DNA of 64,000 bases from the human T2T-CHM13v2.0 reference genome, Homo sapiens: the NCBI RefSeq assembly GCF_009914755.1, contig NC_060925.1; one strand, given 5' to 3'. Below, one piece after another: positions 29,998-50,429 of this stretch. A program made the position numbers and the translations under genes. The notes beneath the pieces are model-generated. The model was not told the origin of the DNA. It worked only from the letters and a program-made list of their open reading frames with translations, and did no database searches. Position 1 is the first letter of the stretch. Every line of letters begins with the position of its first letter.

Positions 29998-30993
29998 GCA
30001 TAAATATGTATTTTTTGAGACAGGGTCTCTGTTGCCCAGGCTGGAGTGTAGTGGCGTGATTACTGCTCACTGCAGCCTCAGCCTCCTGAACTCAAGTGAT
30101 CCTCGCCCTCAGACTCTCAAGTAGCTGGGACTACAGGCATGTGCCACCATGCCTAGCTCATTTCTTAAAATTTTTTGTGGCAACAGGGTCTCACTGTCTT
30201 GCCCACTCTGGTCTTAAACTCCTGGCTCAAGCAAGCCATCTGACTCAGCCTCCCAAAGTGCTGGGATTACCAGCACCAGCCACTGCACCCACCCATTATT
30301 TCTTCTCAGTATGTAGTTTGCTCTTTCATTTTCTTAATAGTGTTTGGAAGAGCAAAAGTTTTTGATGTTTAGTAAGTCTAATTTATTATTTTTTCCCTTT
30401 ATGGCTAATGCTTTTTGAATACTAAGAAATCTTTGCCTACTTGAAGGTGATAAAGAAAAAGAAATAAAAGGCATACATATTGAAGAAGTAAAATTACTCT
30501 ATTCTAAGATAATATGGTTATTTATGTAGAAAGTCATGGGGAATCTATAAAACTGCTATAATCAAAAGTGCATCTAGCAAGGATGCAAGATACAAAGTCA
30601 ATATAAAATTATTTTTCTATATACTAGCAAAATATAGAAAATAAACCTTAATAATTGTGACAGCATCAAAAAAAAAACCAGAAAATATATAAGGATAAAC
30701 ATTTTTAAATATGCAGGATTCCACAATGAATACTATAAAACATTGCAGCATGAAACTATAAAAGACCCAAATAAATGAAGGGATAAATAAGGTTAAATGT
30801 AAACAATTTACATTTAAATTGTAGCTGGGACTACAGACATGTGCCAGCACACCTAGTTAATTTTTCTATTTTTTTGTAGAGACAGCGTCTCACTATGTTG
30901 CCCAGGCTGGTCTCGAACTCCTGAGCTCAACTGATCCAGCCGCCTGGGCCTCCCAAAGTCCTGAGATTACAGACGTAAGCCAGTGCGCCCAGA
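29957..30993. mobile_element. (TG)n microsatellite, AluJ (minus, 30011-30290), L1 fragments and a partial Alu (30821-30993)
   Basis: TG run read directly; Alu and L1 ORF2 motifs. Confidence 0.75.
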
Positions 30994-31084
30994 CAAGGCT
31001 GTGCACTTTTAAGATATTCACTCTCTTAAACCATCACAACCAAATGCTCAGGCCTCAACTGTGGGTACCTCCTTCACGGCATCC

Positions 31085-31216
31085 CATGCCTATCAACTTC
31101 TCTGGCCTTCCGTGGTATTAAGGAAAGAGAACATTTCCTTCAGCAAACATGCTCATCAACTTCTCTGGCCCTCCATGGCTTTAAGGAAAGAAAACATTTC
31201 CTTCAGCAAACATGCC
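31085..31216. repeat. 63-bp direct tandem duplication (2 diverged copies)
   Basis: catgcctatcaacttctctggcc...cagcaaa at 31085-31147 and 31148-31210. Confidence 0.9.
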
Positions 31217-32089
31217 CAGAGTCCTTTTCCACACATTAGTTCTTACAAAAGTGAGACAGAAAAGGACCAGAGGAAGCAAAGTTGAGTAACATTTTACATG
31301 TGATTTGAGTTTCATGAAAATCTACTGGGCTATTGTTTGGTTTGAAAAGCCACTGAGAGTTAGCTCTGAGTAAGCCAGCCTCTCCTCAGACGAGGCAAAT
31401 CAATTACCTGCCAGTAACTCATTAATGAGTATTTATTAGGTGCTCATTATGTATGACGAACTATGGTGATACATAGACAAAACTCCAACCTAGAAAGAAC
31501 ACTGAGTTACTTAACTTCTCTAAAGCAACCACCTCAAAACAAGCCATCTGCCCATAGGTTGATTTGGCAAAGCCTTGTCGAGATCTTTTGCAAATTAAAA
31601 TATTTTAAAACTATAGGAATTCATACTTATGTAAAATTTAGCCATTGGGAGAAACCAGGTGAAAGGTACACAGGACCTCTCTGTATACCTTTCCAACTTC
31701 CTGTGGCTCTGATTACTTCAAAATAAAAACTTAAAAACAAAACAGAAGCACAAACTTTTCCCTTGATCAGACAGTGAGGAGTTCCTTTCTTTAGATGCTG
31801 CCCATGAGAGGCTCAGGAAGAAGCTGCCGGGCTGTATGATCTCAGCATGTGGTGAGGTTAGATTCTGTCAATAGCCTGGAAACTATTGAAACACTGAATT
31901 GTTCAGGTACAAGAAACCCTGGGAGTGGGTTCTTGGTCGTGGACACAGTACTAGGCATTACGAAGCCAGGGAAGGTCTCAGGAGGGAGGGTCTCAGGACC
32001 AAGGAAGTGGTGGACCAGGATGATCTTTTACTGGGAGAATCAGGAGGATGAGCACATACTTCCTCCTCAAGGGGTCAAGTCAAAAAGGA

Positions 32090-33250
32090 CAGTGACCCTT
32101 ACCTCACACCACATACAAAAATTAACTCAAATGAATCAAAGACCTAAATGTAAGAGCAAACTTATCAAACTCTTAGAAGAAAACCAGGGAGAAAGCCTCA
32201 TGACATTGAATTTGGCGACAATTTCTTGGATATGATACCAAAAGCACAGGCAACAAAAGAAAAAAAAAGGTAAATTGGACTACATCAAAATTAAAAATGT
32301 CTGTGCATCATAGGACACAATCAAGAGAGTGAAAAGACAACCCATGGAATGGGAGAAAATATTGCGAATCATGTATCTTTTAAAGAGTTAATATCCAGAA
32401 TATATAAAGAATTCCCACAACTCAACAACAACAAAAGAACCGATCAAAAAATAGGCAAAAGGATTTAAGTAGACATTTCTCCAAAGAAGATATACAAGCG
32501 GCCAATAAGTACGTGAAAAGATGTTCAGTGTCATCAATTATTAGGAAAATGCAAATCAAAACCACTTCACACCCGTTACAATGGCTATCATTAAAAAACA
32601 AAAACAGCCAACAAGTTTTGGTAAGGATATGGAGGAGTTTAAACCCCTGTGCTCTGCTGGTGAGTAGGTAAAATGGTACAACCACTGTGGAAAACAGTAT
32701 GGTTGTTCCTCAAAAAATTAAATATAGAATTACTGTATGATCCAGCAATTCCACTTTGGTATATGTATCGAAAAGAAGTTAAAGCAGGGACTCGAACAGA
32801 TATTTGTATACCCATGTTCATAGCAGCATTATTTGCAAAAGCCAGAAGGTGGAAGCAACTGCTGATAGATGAATAAATACACAAAATACGGCAGATCCGT
32901 ACAATGGGATTTCAGCCTTAAGAAAGAAGGAAATTATGACACATGCTACAATGTGGATGAACCTGAGGACATTATGCTAAGTGAAATATGCCAGACACGA
33001 ATGACAAATACTGTATGATTCTGCTTCTAGGAGGTACCTAGAAAAGTCAAAAGTATAAGGGCAGTAAGTAGAATCGTGGCTGCCAGGGGCTAGGACATGG
33101 GTGGAGGGAGAATGGGGAGGTATTGTTTAATAGCTTCAGTTTGGGATGATGAAAAAGTTCTGGAGATGAATGGAGGTGATAGTTGCATAACATTGTTTAT
33201 ATTCTTAATACCACTTTCAACAGGTTTTTAAAAGATGGTGAATGTTTATC
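32090..33250 (+). mobile_element. L1M(B) 3' fragment (ORF2 end and 3'UTR)
   Basis: caaaaattaactcaaa...gatccagcaattccact...; ORF 32673-32876 resembles the L1 ORF2 C-terminus. Confidence 0.85.
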
Positions 33251-33302
33251 CCGTTGTTTCAGCATTCCCCCTTCCACCACCTAGCCCACTTAAATTATCT
33301 GC

Positions 33303-33504
33303 TTTTTTTTTTTTTTTTTTTTTTGAGACAAGAGTCTCATTCTGTTGCCCAGGATCTCAGCTCACTGCAACCTCTGCCTCCCAGGTTCAAGCAATTCTTG
33401 TGCCTCAGGCTCCCAAGTAGCTGGGATTACAGGCACGCACCACCATGTGCAGATAATTTTTGTATTTTTAGTAGAGATGGGGTTTCTCCATGTTGCCCAG
33501 GCTG
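33303..33504 (-). mobile_element. 5'-truncated Alu with intact TSD
   Basis: TSD taaattatctgcttttt on both sides; small internal deletion. Confidence 0.85.
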
Positions 33505-33689
33505 TAAATTATCTGCTTTTTATTGCCTCACATGACATTTAGCCTCTCCCCTTGGTCTTGGGAAAGAATGTCTTTCACAGGGAATTTAACCCATTCCTAT
33601 TACCTGAGAGCATGTGCTGGAGATGGAAATGACACAGATGATCTTCAAGGTTTACATTTTCAGCAAGGCAATAGATGAATACAATGATC

Positions 33690-34300
33690 ATGCATGCATT
33701 TGTTCAGCAAATATTTTTTTGAGTGCTTCCTATATGCCAAGCAGTTTTGGGTCTAGAAATACCACATGAAACCAATACCTCCATGAAACAAATGAACAGT
33801 TCCTGTCTTGTGGTGCTGATATTTTAATAGGAAGATACATGTCAGATACACAACACAAATATGGGTATTTAATGCATCACATAGTGCCAAGAGCGCTGAT
33901 GAAATACAAAGCAGCATAAAGAGCTAGAGAGCAGTGGTGGCTGCTGTCTGGACAGGGGGATCAGGACAGGCCTCTCTGAGAGATGATGTTTTGGCAGAAA
34001 TTTGCATGAAGTGAGGCAGTGAACTGTGCAATTGTCAGGCAGGGGGAACTGCAAGTGCAAAGGCCCTGAGACAGAAATGTGCCTGGTGTGTTCAAGGACC
34101 AGCCAGAGGGCCAGAGGGTTGAAGTTGGTAAGTGAGGTGAGAGTGGTAGGGAACAGGGTGGGAGAGGGAGCCAGAGGCCAGATCCTATAGGGCTTTGAGG
34201 GCCATAAAAAGGACTGGATTTTATTCTGAGTGAAGAGGCAACCCATTTGAGAGCTTTGTGCAGGAAAAGGACATGAATCTCATAAAGACTTCTTTGCAAG
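33690..34300. mobile_element. L2 fragment
   Basis: catttgttcagcaaatatt...tgcaaaggccctgag...gcctggtgtgttcaagga. Confidence 0.7.
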
Positions 34301-35109
34301 AGGCTTTTGAAAAGTATTTTTATTTTGGATACTTTTTTGCTGATGTTTCCTCCCTGGTCCCAAAGAAGGGATGTGGCTGTGTGTGGCATCTATGAAGTGG
34401 AGATCAATTCAGGAAGAGTAAATAGAAAAAGAAGAAAACACAATGGGTAGAGAAAGGAGGAAGAGAAGAAAAGCTGGAGGTTGGTCCTGTGGCAGGCAAG
34501 ATGGCCCAAGTAGCATCTTTACCAAGAATCTTCAAGTAGACTTTGTGCCTCCAGTGAGGAATGATAGGGCTTTCTGCCAGACTTTCTTTTACAAGAGCCA
34601 ATGATCTCAGACCCTCCCCTCTCCTTCACTCCTCATAGGACCCTCACAGCCCCTCCCACTGCTCCAGCAATTCTGACTCAGCCTTGTAGTGGAAGCCTGC
34701 AGGTCTCAGGTTTGGTTTCTTGGCAGGGGTCAGGATCAGATAAAACCGAATGGCTTTTCTGAATTGCCCAACCTCTATCTAATGGGAAAAGAAGTCCCTA
34801 AATCACAAAATGCATCTCTGAAGCTTTGAAAGCCTCTAAAAACTCCAATGCTTGTTGCTACGTCAGAGCAGATATGAGGCTCTTAAATTGAGCAGCTGCT
34901 GAAAGATGAATCACTATGAATTTGGCAGGGGAATGGAAAGATCACGAGCAGCTCAGCAATACAGTGGCCCCATCTAGAGATGGTCACCCAGGAATGAGCA
35001 CCCATGGTTCCAGGGGTTGAGCCTGGGGTTCTGGTCTGATATCGTCCTGCTTGTTTTTCCAGGTCACTGAAGCAGGAGCTGTCACCAGGTATAATCAGCC
35101 AGCACTCAC

Positions 35110-35282
35110 CGGGACATGAAGGAACGCCTTTGCTTCTGTCTTCCTCATGGTATTTCCCTCCAGGGGCAGGCGCTCAATCTTCCCAGTCTGGGCAAAGAGT
35201 AAATGGGTCCCAGGAGGCAAGGGGATCACGGCGGTAGGCACCGCAGGTCCTTGGTGAATCGGGGGAGCCACTGTACTCAGAC
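35110..35282 (-). CDS. NID1: NID1 coding exon (~exon 14), linker and start of G3 domain
   Basis: (C)[57 protein letters not shown]; acceptor tgcag, donor CCG|gtgagt; 173 nt. Confidence 0.96.
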
Positions 35283-35327
35283 CTGCATTGCAGAGGGGGT
35301 CAGTGAGGGAGGCCCGTGTGCACCAGG

Positions 35328-35400
35328 AACACACAGATGCACACACACACACACACCCACACACATGCACGCATGCACACACATACACACACCCACACAT
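35328..35400. repeat. Imperfect (CA)n upstream of the exon 14 acceptor ((UG)n on the pre-mRNA)
   Basis: Read directly from the sequence. Confidence 0.85.
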
Positions 35401-35568
35401 CAGGTCACATCACCTTCATGGCACCACAAACTGCCACAGCCACACAATGCCCATTTTATAGCTGAAAGCACCAGAATTAGAAAGCCCTCAGTCAATCAAA
35501 GAGCACTGATGAAGAAGGTAATACACAGCATTAAAAGTCACGTGAAAAAAAATGGCTTGGCCTCCCTC

Positions 35569-35858
35569 TTTTTTTTGAGACGGAGTCTTGCTCTGTCACC
35601 CAGGCCAGAGTGCAATGGTGCGATCTTGGCTCACTGCAACCTCTGCCTGCCTGGTTCAAGCGATTCTTGTGCCTCAGCCTCCTGAGTAACTGGGATTACA
35701 GGCATGCACCACCATACCCAGTTAATTTTTGTATTTTTAGCAGAGATGGGGTTTCACCATGTTGGCCAGGCTGGTCTCGAACTCCTGACCTCAAGTGGTC
35801 TGCCCACCTAGGTCTCCCAAAGTGCTGGGATTACAGGTGTGAGCCACTGTGCCCGGCC
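35569..35858 (-). mobile_element. AluS
   Basis: Reverse consensus; TSD ggcctccctctt. Confidence 0.92.
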
Positions 35859-37799
35859 GGCCTCCCTCTTAATAGAAAAGCTTTGGCTACCCATGCTCTG
35901 CTTTAGGCACTGGTGCTAGAGGAAGGAACCAAATAAGAGCAGCACCAGCAGCACCAGCGGTAGCACAACAGCGAAAACAGCATCCCTGAACTCCCTGCCC
36001 ACAGGGAGCCAGGTTCTAGTGCAAACTATTGAGCTTTTCCATGCTGGAGGAGCCTGTCAGAATGAGTTGCCCCATACAGTGCACTCTGTCCCAGTGCCAC
36101 AGGGATGGGAGAGCCTGGGGCCTGACAAGCAAGAACATGACGTTTATGGGCTTCCAAGAACAAAATCATGGCCAGGGGCTCCTTTTCCCTCAGAATCAGG
36201 CTTGCCTTCCTATCTCCTGACCTCAACCCCTCGCCGGGCTCCTTGATTCACTTGATGAGACAATGTCCCAGGAGGGACACACAACTGTGCTGCAAAGCAA
36301 GGAGGGCTAAGAGGGCTGATTGGGTGTCTGGAGACCTGAGCCCTGTCCTGGCCCCTCTACTCACTCGCTGTGTGCACAGGGCATGCATCTTCCAGGGCCT
36401 GGTCTCCTGCTCTCTACAGTGAGAGCTGGACAAGGTTGTCCCCAAGGTCACTTTCTCTTGTCTATCTTGCCTATTACACCCAATCGGTGACACAAACCAA
36501 TCTGGTCAACCTCTTTCATATCTCTGAAATCCATCCGTTTCTCACCTGGATTCATCGTAAGTAGTGCAACAGCCTTCACCTCCCCCCGCCAGGGACTGTC
36601 AAGCCTGCCTCTCAGCTTCTACCCCCACAGCCAGTGATATTCTAAAACTAAACCCTGCTTCACATGGGCGCCTGCTCCAAACCCATCCCAGGCTCCTCGT
36701 TGCCCTCATGACCAATACTCAGGCTTAGAAACGTGGCTCACATGGTGCTGCTTCTGGAAAGCCTCACCCATGAGCCCACCGCCCCACGCAAGCCAGGATT
36801 CCGCCTCGGCTCCCTGGTCGCTGTCTGCTTCTCCTAAAGCTCATCTCCCTACACTGTTCCTGTCTATTCACCGTCCTTTCCGCTTCTTGGGGGCCCAGCA
36901 CCGTGACTTTCCTCTGGGCATCCTAGCACCCACCACAGCACTGGCCCCTCAGTGAATGTTGGCTGTGTGAACGAGTGAAGTTTCTGAGTAATTGTTTTAC
37001 TGTTTCTTAGCAGCTTCGGGGAAATATTTGATAGGATATCAATCAATGATTATTAGCTAAATTGTGAGTGGAGATTCAAAGATTCATTATATTCGCTTTT
37101 GGTAGTTTGTGACAATAACCAATTTCTACATTTGCAACGGAAGGAGAATTTTAGAGCTGGGAATCACTCTCGGGGTTATTTTGCCTCATGTTTAGGTTGA
37201 GACTGGGGACGCTGAGGCTGGGGAAAGTGTCTGTCCAGAGTCACACAGGGCCCCTGGCCCCCAGGACAGCAGCTTCCCACTGCCTCCGGTGATGGTCTTA
37301 GAGCCAGCTCATGCAGAAAGCTTTGTGGCTGTTTGCTCCTTGGATTGGAAAATCAACCCAAGTAACTAAAGGCCCTAGGGCACGACTGAAGGAGGCAAGG
37401 GGTGCAACGGTCTGAACAGGCCCTACTGCCTAGGGCACAGAGCCCTGGGGAAGGGTTCAGGTTGGTCCCCACCATCCCTGCCATGTCCCAGTGCAGGAAC
37501 ATTCCACCTCCACGCCTCCCTTGGCAGAGAGTTCTTCTGGGAGGCCTGGAGCACACACAGCCGCTCTGCTACCATTACAGGTACCGCTGTGGCAGGCCCC
37601 ACTGGGTATTTACACCCTACACGTGTGTGTGTTGGGTGGGGAAGGAGAAAGAAGAGGGTAAGAGAACAGAGAGGGTGAGGAGGAGAGGAAGCACGGGGAG
37701 GAGCGGGGTAAGTGAGAGGGAAGAAGGGTGCAGCAGGAGCGGGTGGGGCTGGAGCCAGTGGAACAGTTCAAGCTTTAGGTCCAGCAGAAGAGCAAAGAG

Positions 37800-38210
37800 C
37801 GTGTTCAGCAATTCCGGTCCCCCGAGGTCCTTCTCAGGCACACGCCCAAGCACGGCCTGCACCCACTTACACGGGGGCGTCATCCCGGGCCTGGTCCTGG
37901 TGCCCTCCACCTCGCGGCCGTCGCGATCCACGCACCAGCAGTAGCCGGTGCTGCCGTGGCACTGGGTGGGCGCGTAGTGCCCGTGCGCATCGCACTCAGG
38001 AACGAACAGCCCCGGAGGAATGGGTCGCTGTGGGTCTGTCGCCCCCGCTGCCCCGAGAATGTGTTCTCGCTCGTGCTGGCACCGGGTTTTCTCCACCTCT
38101 ATCAGAGAAACAGGCAACAAGAAAGCTGTCAGGTGCGTCATCCGTCAGCGCTCCCTGGCGGGGCTGCAGGAGTCCCCGCAGCTCGCTCAGAACCACGAGG
38201 GCGGCCTGTG
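37800..38210. promoter_or_regulatory. Intragenic CpG-rich island over NID1 exon 13
   Basis: Visibly dense CpG (e.g. ctcgcggccgtcgcgatccacgc) extending into the flanking intron, against a CpG-depleted background. Confidence 0.65.
37871..38098 (-). CDS. NID1: NID1 coding exon (~exon 13), thyroglobulin type-1 domain
   Basis: (E)VEKTRCQHERE...QCHGSTGYCWCVDRDGREVEGTRTRPGMTPP with the QC and CWCV motifs; acceptor gatag, donor T|gtaagt; 228 nt. Confidence 0.97.
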
Positions 38211-38362
38211 TGTCACTGGGTTTTGTTTCATCAGTTATTCAAAATGCAGAAACATCATTATTATTGAATAGGTTTGTCAAGAAAATGATATTTACATCTC
38301 CTTTATACTCCTAGGTAGTTCCTTTTAAAACACTTTTAAAAAATTGAGGCAAAAAGAATTGA

Positions 38363-39635
<1,273 letters not shown>

Positions 39636-40103
39636 TACTTCTAAAGCTGTGGAATTGCTAGTAAACAACTTCCAAGCCGTAGTGGATTCCACACTGGTTA
39701 GAGTTCAGTCACCAGTCCAGAGTTGTAGCCTCTGCAGTATCGACCACACAAAGCAATGTCCAGACACTGGCAGGAGGTACCCATTCTCCACATCACTGTC
39801 TGCTAAGAGCTATACTTCATCCATGTCTTGTTGCCTCTCCCTCCCAGGCCTTTCCACGTGCTATTCTTTTTGTGACTGTCCTTCTCCCTGTCTGGTTAAT
39901 CCTTCAGAAATCAGCTTAGGCACTTAACTCCCTTCAGGAAGTCTGTTCAGCTCCCCAGGGCTGAGTCCAATCCCCTCTGTGAGCTCTCAGGGTGATCTGG
40001 GCTTGCCCACACCATACCTGTATCTCACTGACTCTAAGGAGCTGTTCCTTGTTTATCTCTCTGGAAAAAATCTCCTTAACATTTAGTCAAGAAGCATCTA
40101 CTC

Positions 40104-42913
<2,810 letters not shown>

Positions 42914-43104
42914 TCTGGTTTTGTTCACTCTTGAATGTAAAACGTGTTTACTTCCACAAAATTTTACGTTGGCATAGGGTTTTAGAGTTTTCATATAAGC
43001 TGTTTCCATTCACAGATATGTTTCATTTGATTCTCATTGCAATCCTATGTGATAAGCAACTGCAGTTTTTACACCAAATGAGAAAACTGAAACTCAGAGA
43101 AGTT

Positions 43105-43178
43105 GAGACTCCTTCAGGCCACAGCACTGGTTGGTGGCTCAGAGACTCCTTCAGGCCACAGCACTGGTTGGTGGCTCA
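43105..43178. repeat. Perfect 37-bp tandem duplication within a MIR
   Basis: gagactccttcaggccacagcactggttggtggctca x2. Confidence 0.92.
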
Positions 43179-43983
43179 GTTCTAACGAGAACCTAGGTCT
43201 CTGGGTTTGTGGTCTAGCCCCGCCCTTCTGGTCTGGCATCTGGCGTCCACATTGCCAGTGCTTAGACGGCTCCCTCACATTGAACCTGTTACGACAACAG
43301 CGATGTACACACAGTACCTTAGCTCATTCACCAAAATTACCTGTGCATCCAGAGCCCCATTTTCCTACCAATCACATCTGCATGTGGTGGTGCTTTTCCA
43401 GTTAGAAAACAAAACTGGTGTCCTGTGTGCTGTCAACCAAACAAAACTTTTCATGCAGTAAGCGTTGTTCCATTTTATGTGGCCGACAGAGTTGTGTTAA
43501 CAAAGTATTTGGTCAGCGTAGAAAATCTCAAGGGCTCTAGAATTTACAGTGGAACTTTGAAGTACTGTATCTTGAACTTGTAAAAAGGAGGGGGAACCTC
43601 AACTGTACTCAGGAAATAGAATCTCAAGTGAGTTTATAAAAAGCTGTGATCTCGGTGGACTTTCTGGGCCAGCAGACAGTGGGAGCAGCCCAGGGGCTCT
43701 AGGGAGAGCCCCCTGCTGAGTGTCCCTGGCCCCCATGGGAAACTTTCCATTAAAGGCCTGGTGGATGGGGTGGGGGTAGTGGGGATGCTAAAGACGCATT
43801 TCCTGAGCTTGTTTCTGGTTGATACATTGATGACTCAGACAAGCGTCTTCTTACTCATCTAGTTCGAGCTGCTAGGGAAGAAAGCATTCAAGACCTGATA
43901 CTTATCTGAGGAGTGGCAGGAAGTCTGGGGTGACTTTTCTCAAGGTGGGGGGACAAAGAGAATGAGAGGAAAATGAAACAGAG

Positions 43984-44933
<950 letters not shown>

Positions 44934-45332
44934 AGAAGGAGAACTAAGAAGAAAGTACATTCTTGACCTTGGATTTGCATTCCATTCCCTTGCTTGATTA
45001 AATTGGTTTCTCTGTGTTCATTCAAATAAATGACAATTGTAGCCTCTCATATACTCAATAGAGTGGAGAGAGGGGAGGTGCTCACAGATGTCAAGACTCT
45101 CTGGAAAGAGACGACATGCAACCGTGGGAGAACCCATGGGCTACTCAGAATGGAACTTGTTTGGGAAGGTGCTATTTATTCAGCATCTTCCTGCACAGAG
45201 TCCACGCCCCACTACAGAGGCAGCTACTCCCAGGGCCTACACGGGTTCTGAGCATGCACCTCTGGGACACACATCTCTGGACAAGGTCACTCAGGTGCAG
45301 TGAACAGTCCCTGGTCTCTGCTGGCTTTGAGA

Positions 45333-46834
<1,502 letters not shown>

Positions 46835-47289
46835 TTAAGACAAGAGCTTTGCAGGCTGAGAGTGCAGACGGATAGGAAGTCAAGAAATTCCAAGCATTGG
46901 TGAGGACGGTTGCCTTTGTGCTTCCTGGGGTTAGGTTAGAGAGGACTTCAAGAAAAAGAAGGGATGGAGGAACCACAGGCTCAGTGATCACTCCGCGGAT
47001 TTGGAAACGAGGCCATGTGAGAGTCACAAGGGAAGGAGGTGGCGGTCAGACGTGGCCACAGACATCAAGACCGGGAGCTTGTCAAGCCTTTGGGTGGCCT
47101 GGTTTGGACCCTCCTCAACATCAACTCCCCCATTTGCCTGACTGCCCCTCCTCCTCATTATTCCTCCCTGTCTCCTATTCAAATCTCACCTGTCCTTCAA
47201 GGCTGAGTGCAAATCCTCCCTCTCTCACTCTCCCCAGCTTTTTTAGCCCACCTGCATCTCTGCTTCCTGCTGCTAGTTATCACTGGTTA

Positions 47290-47505
47290 TCACTCCTAGT
47301 GAACGACTAGTAGTTGTCACTCCTAGTGAACGACTAGTAGTTGTCACTCCTAGTGAACGACTAGTAGTTGTCACTCCTAGTGAACGACTAGTAGTTGTCA
47401 CTCCTAGTGAACGACTAGTAGTTGTCACTCCTAGTGAACGACTAGTAGTTGTCACTCCTAGTGAACGACTAGTAGTTGTCACTCCTAGTGAACGACTAGT
47501 AGTTA
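47290..47505. repeat. Minisatellite, 8 x 27 bp (TCACTCCTAGTGAACGACTAGTAGTTG)
   Basis: Seven identical units plus an eighth that differs only at its last base. Confidence 0.97.
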
Positions 47506-47870
47506 TTCACTACTAATTTCAAGTATTCCCTTTTCCTGCCCAGTTACAGTGCAGACTCCTCCAGGGTGGAGACATTTTACTGTTCATGTGTCAAGCACAG
47601 TGACAGGCACACAAGAGATGCTTAAGAAATATTTAACTATTGGTCCTGGCTATGCTACTAGTTAGTTGGATGCCTTGGACAAATTATCTAGTCTCTCTAA
47701 CCCCCATATCTTCATGCATTCAATGGGGCTAATCGTACCAGCAGTGACGTGCACCAGCCAGAAATGCAGAAAACCCTGAGGTGTGTTGTCCTGGATACCA
47801 AATGAAGAAAGTGTTTCAGGAAGGAGGGCGAGACCAATTGTGCCAAGTGCTATCAAGAAATGAGGCCTCA

Positions 47871-49576
<1,706 letters not shown>

Positions 49577-50429
49577 TTATTTTTGAAGATGCAAGAGTGT
49601 TTTGTTCTGCTGAAAGCATATTTACTGGCAGTCTAAACACAAGAACCTAAACAACTGCTTTTGGAAAGCATAAATAACACACGATCGTAATTTTGTAAGA
49701 CACAACTCTCAAGATATTTGAACCAACTGTCTGTTTTTTCTGATTGCAAAATGATTCATATGCCATACACTTTGACAGAAAATTTCTTTTACTAAAAAGA
49801 TTTCTTCTAATTTACCTTACATTTTGCTATTTTTAAAACAATACTGGGCAAAAATTATGTGCTATATAAGTGTTAGCTATTATTACTTTAGTATTACCCC
49901 TTCCACTAGATAAAAATTTCACTTCTTTAAACTACTGTTTGATGTAGTAGATATCTATTCATATTATTTTAGGGAGGCATTCTTTAATGAAGACACATCA
50001 GAAAGGAAAAGTGGTCAAAAACATAGCTTATCTGAATTTTAAAATGAACAAAAATCCATAAACATCAACTAACTTCTGTACAGAGCATAGTAGCTAATTA
50101 TCCAGCCTGCACTTTCTAATAGTAATAATATCATCATAAATGTGCACAGTGCCCTCACTGTCAAAGTTCTTTAACTAAAGTAACAGGAACCACTCTGACT
50201 TAACCTAAACCCAAAGGAAGAATTTATTATGAAAATATAGTTATGTCATGTGAATCAGAAAAGGGACTGGAACCAGAAATAGACAACTGTCAGGAACTAA
50301 GAGCTCCTGTCTCCTTGTCACTCACTTGCTTTATTTTTCTCTTGGGAGACTGACTGTCCTCTGCTTCTCCACCCATATACCGAATAAAGCTACCTCTCTA
50401 CTTCCAAATTACAAATACAGTTTTAGCTG

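Noticed and set aside
37402-38314. 180- and 200-aa ORFs antisense to exon 13
   Set aside because: Explained by stop-codon scarcity in GC-rich sequence; non-ATG starts and no recognisable domain.
47290-47505. CRISPR-like array (27-bp palindromic repeats)
   Set aside because: The units are directly adjacent with no unique spacers, there are no cas genes, and the context is a primate intron. The TTTSRSLGV ORF is just the translated repeat.
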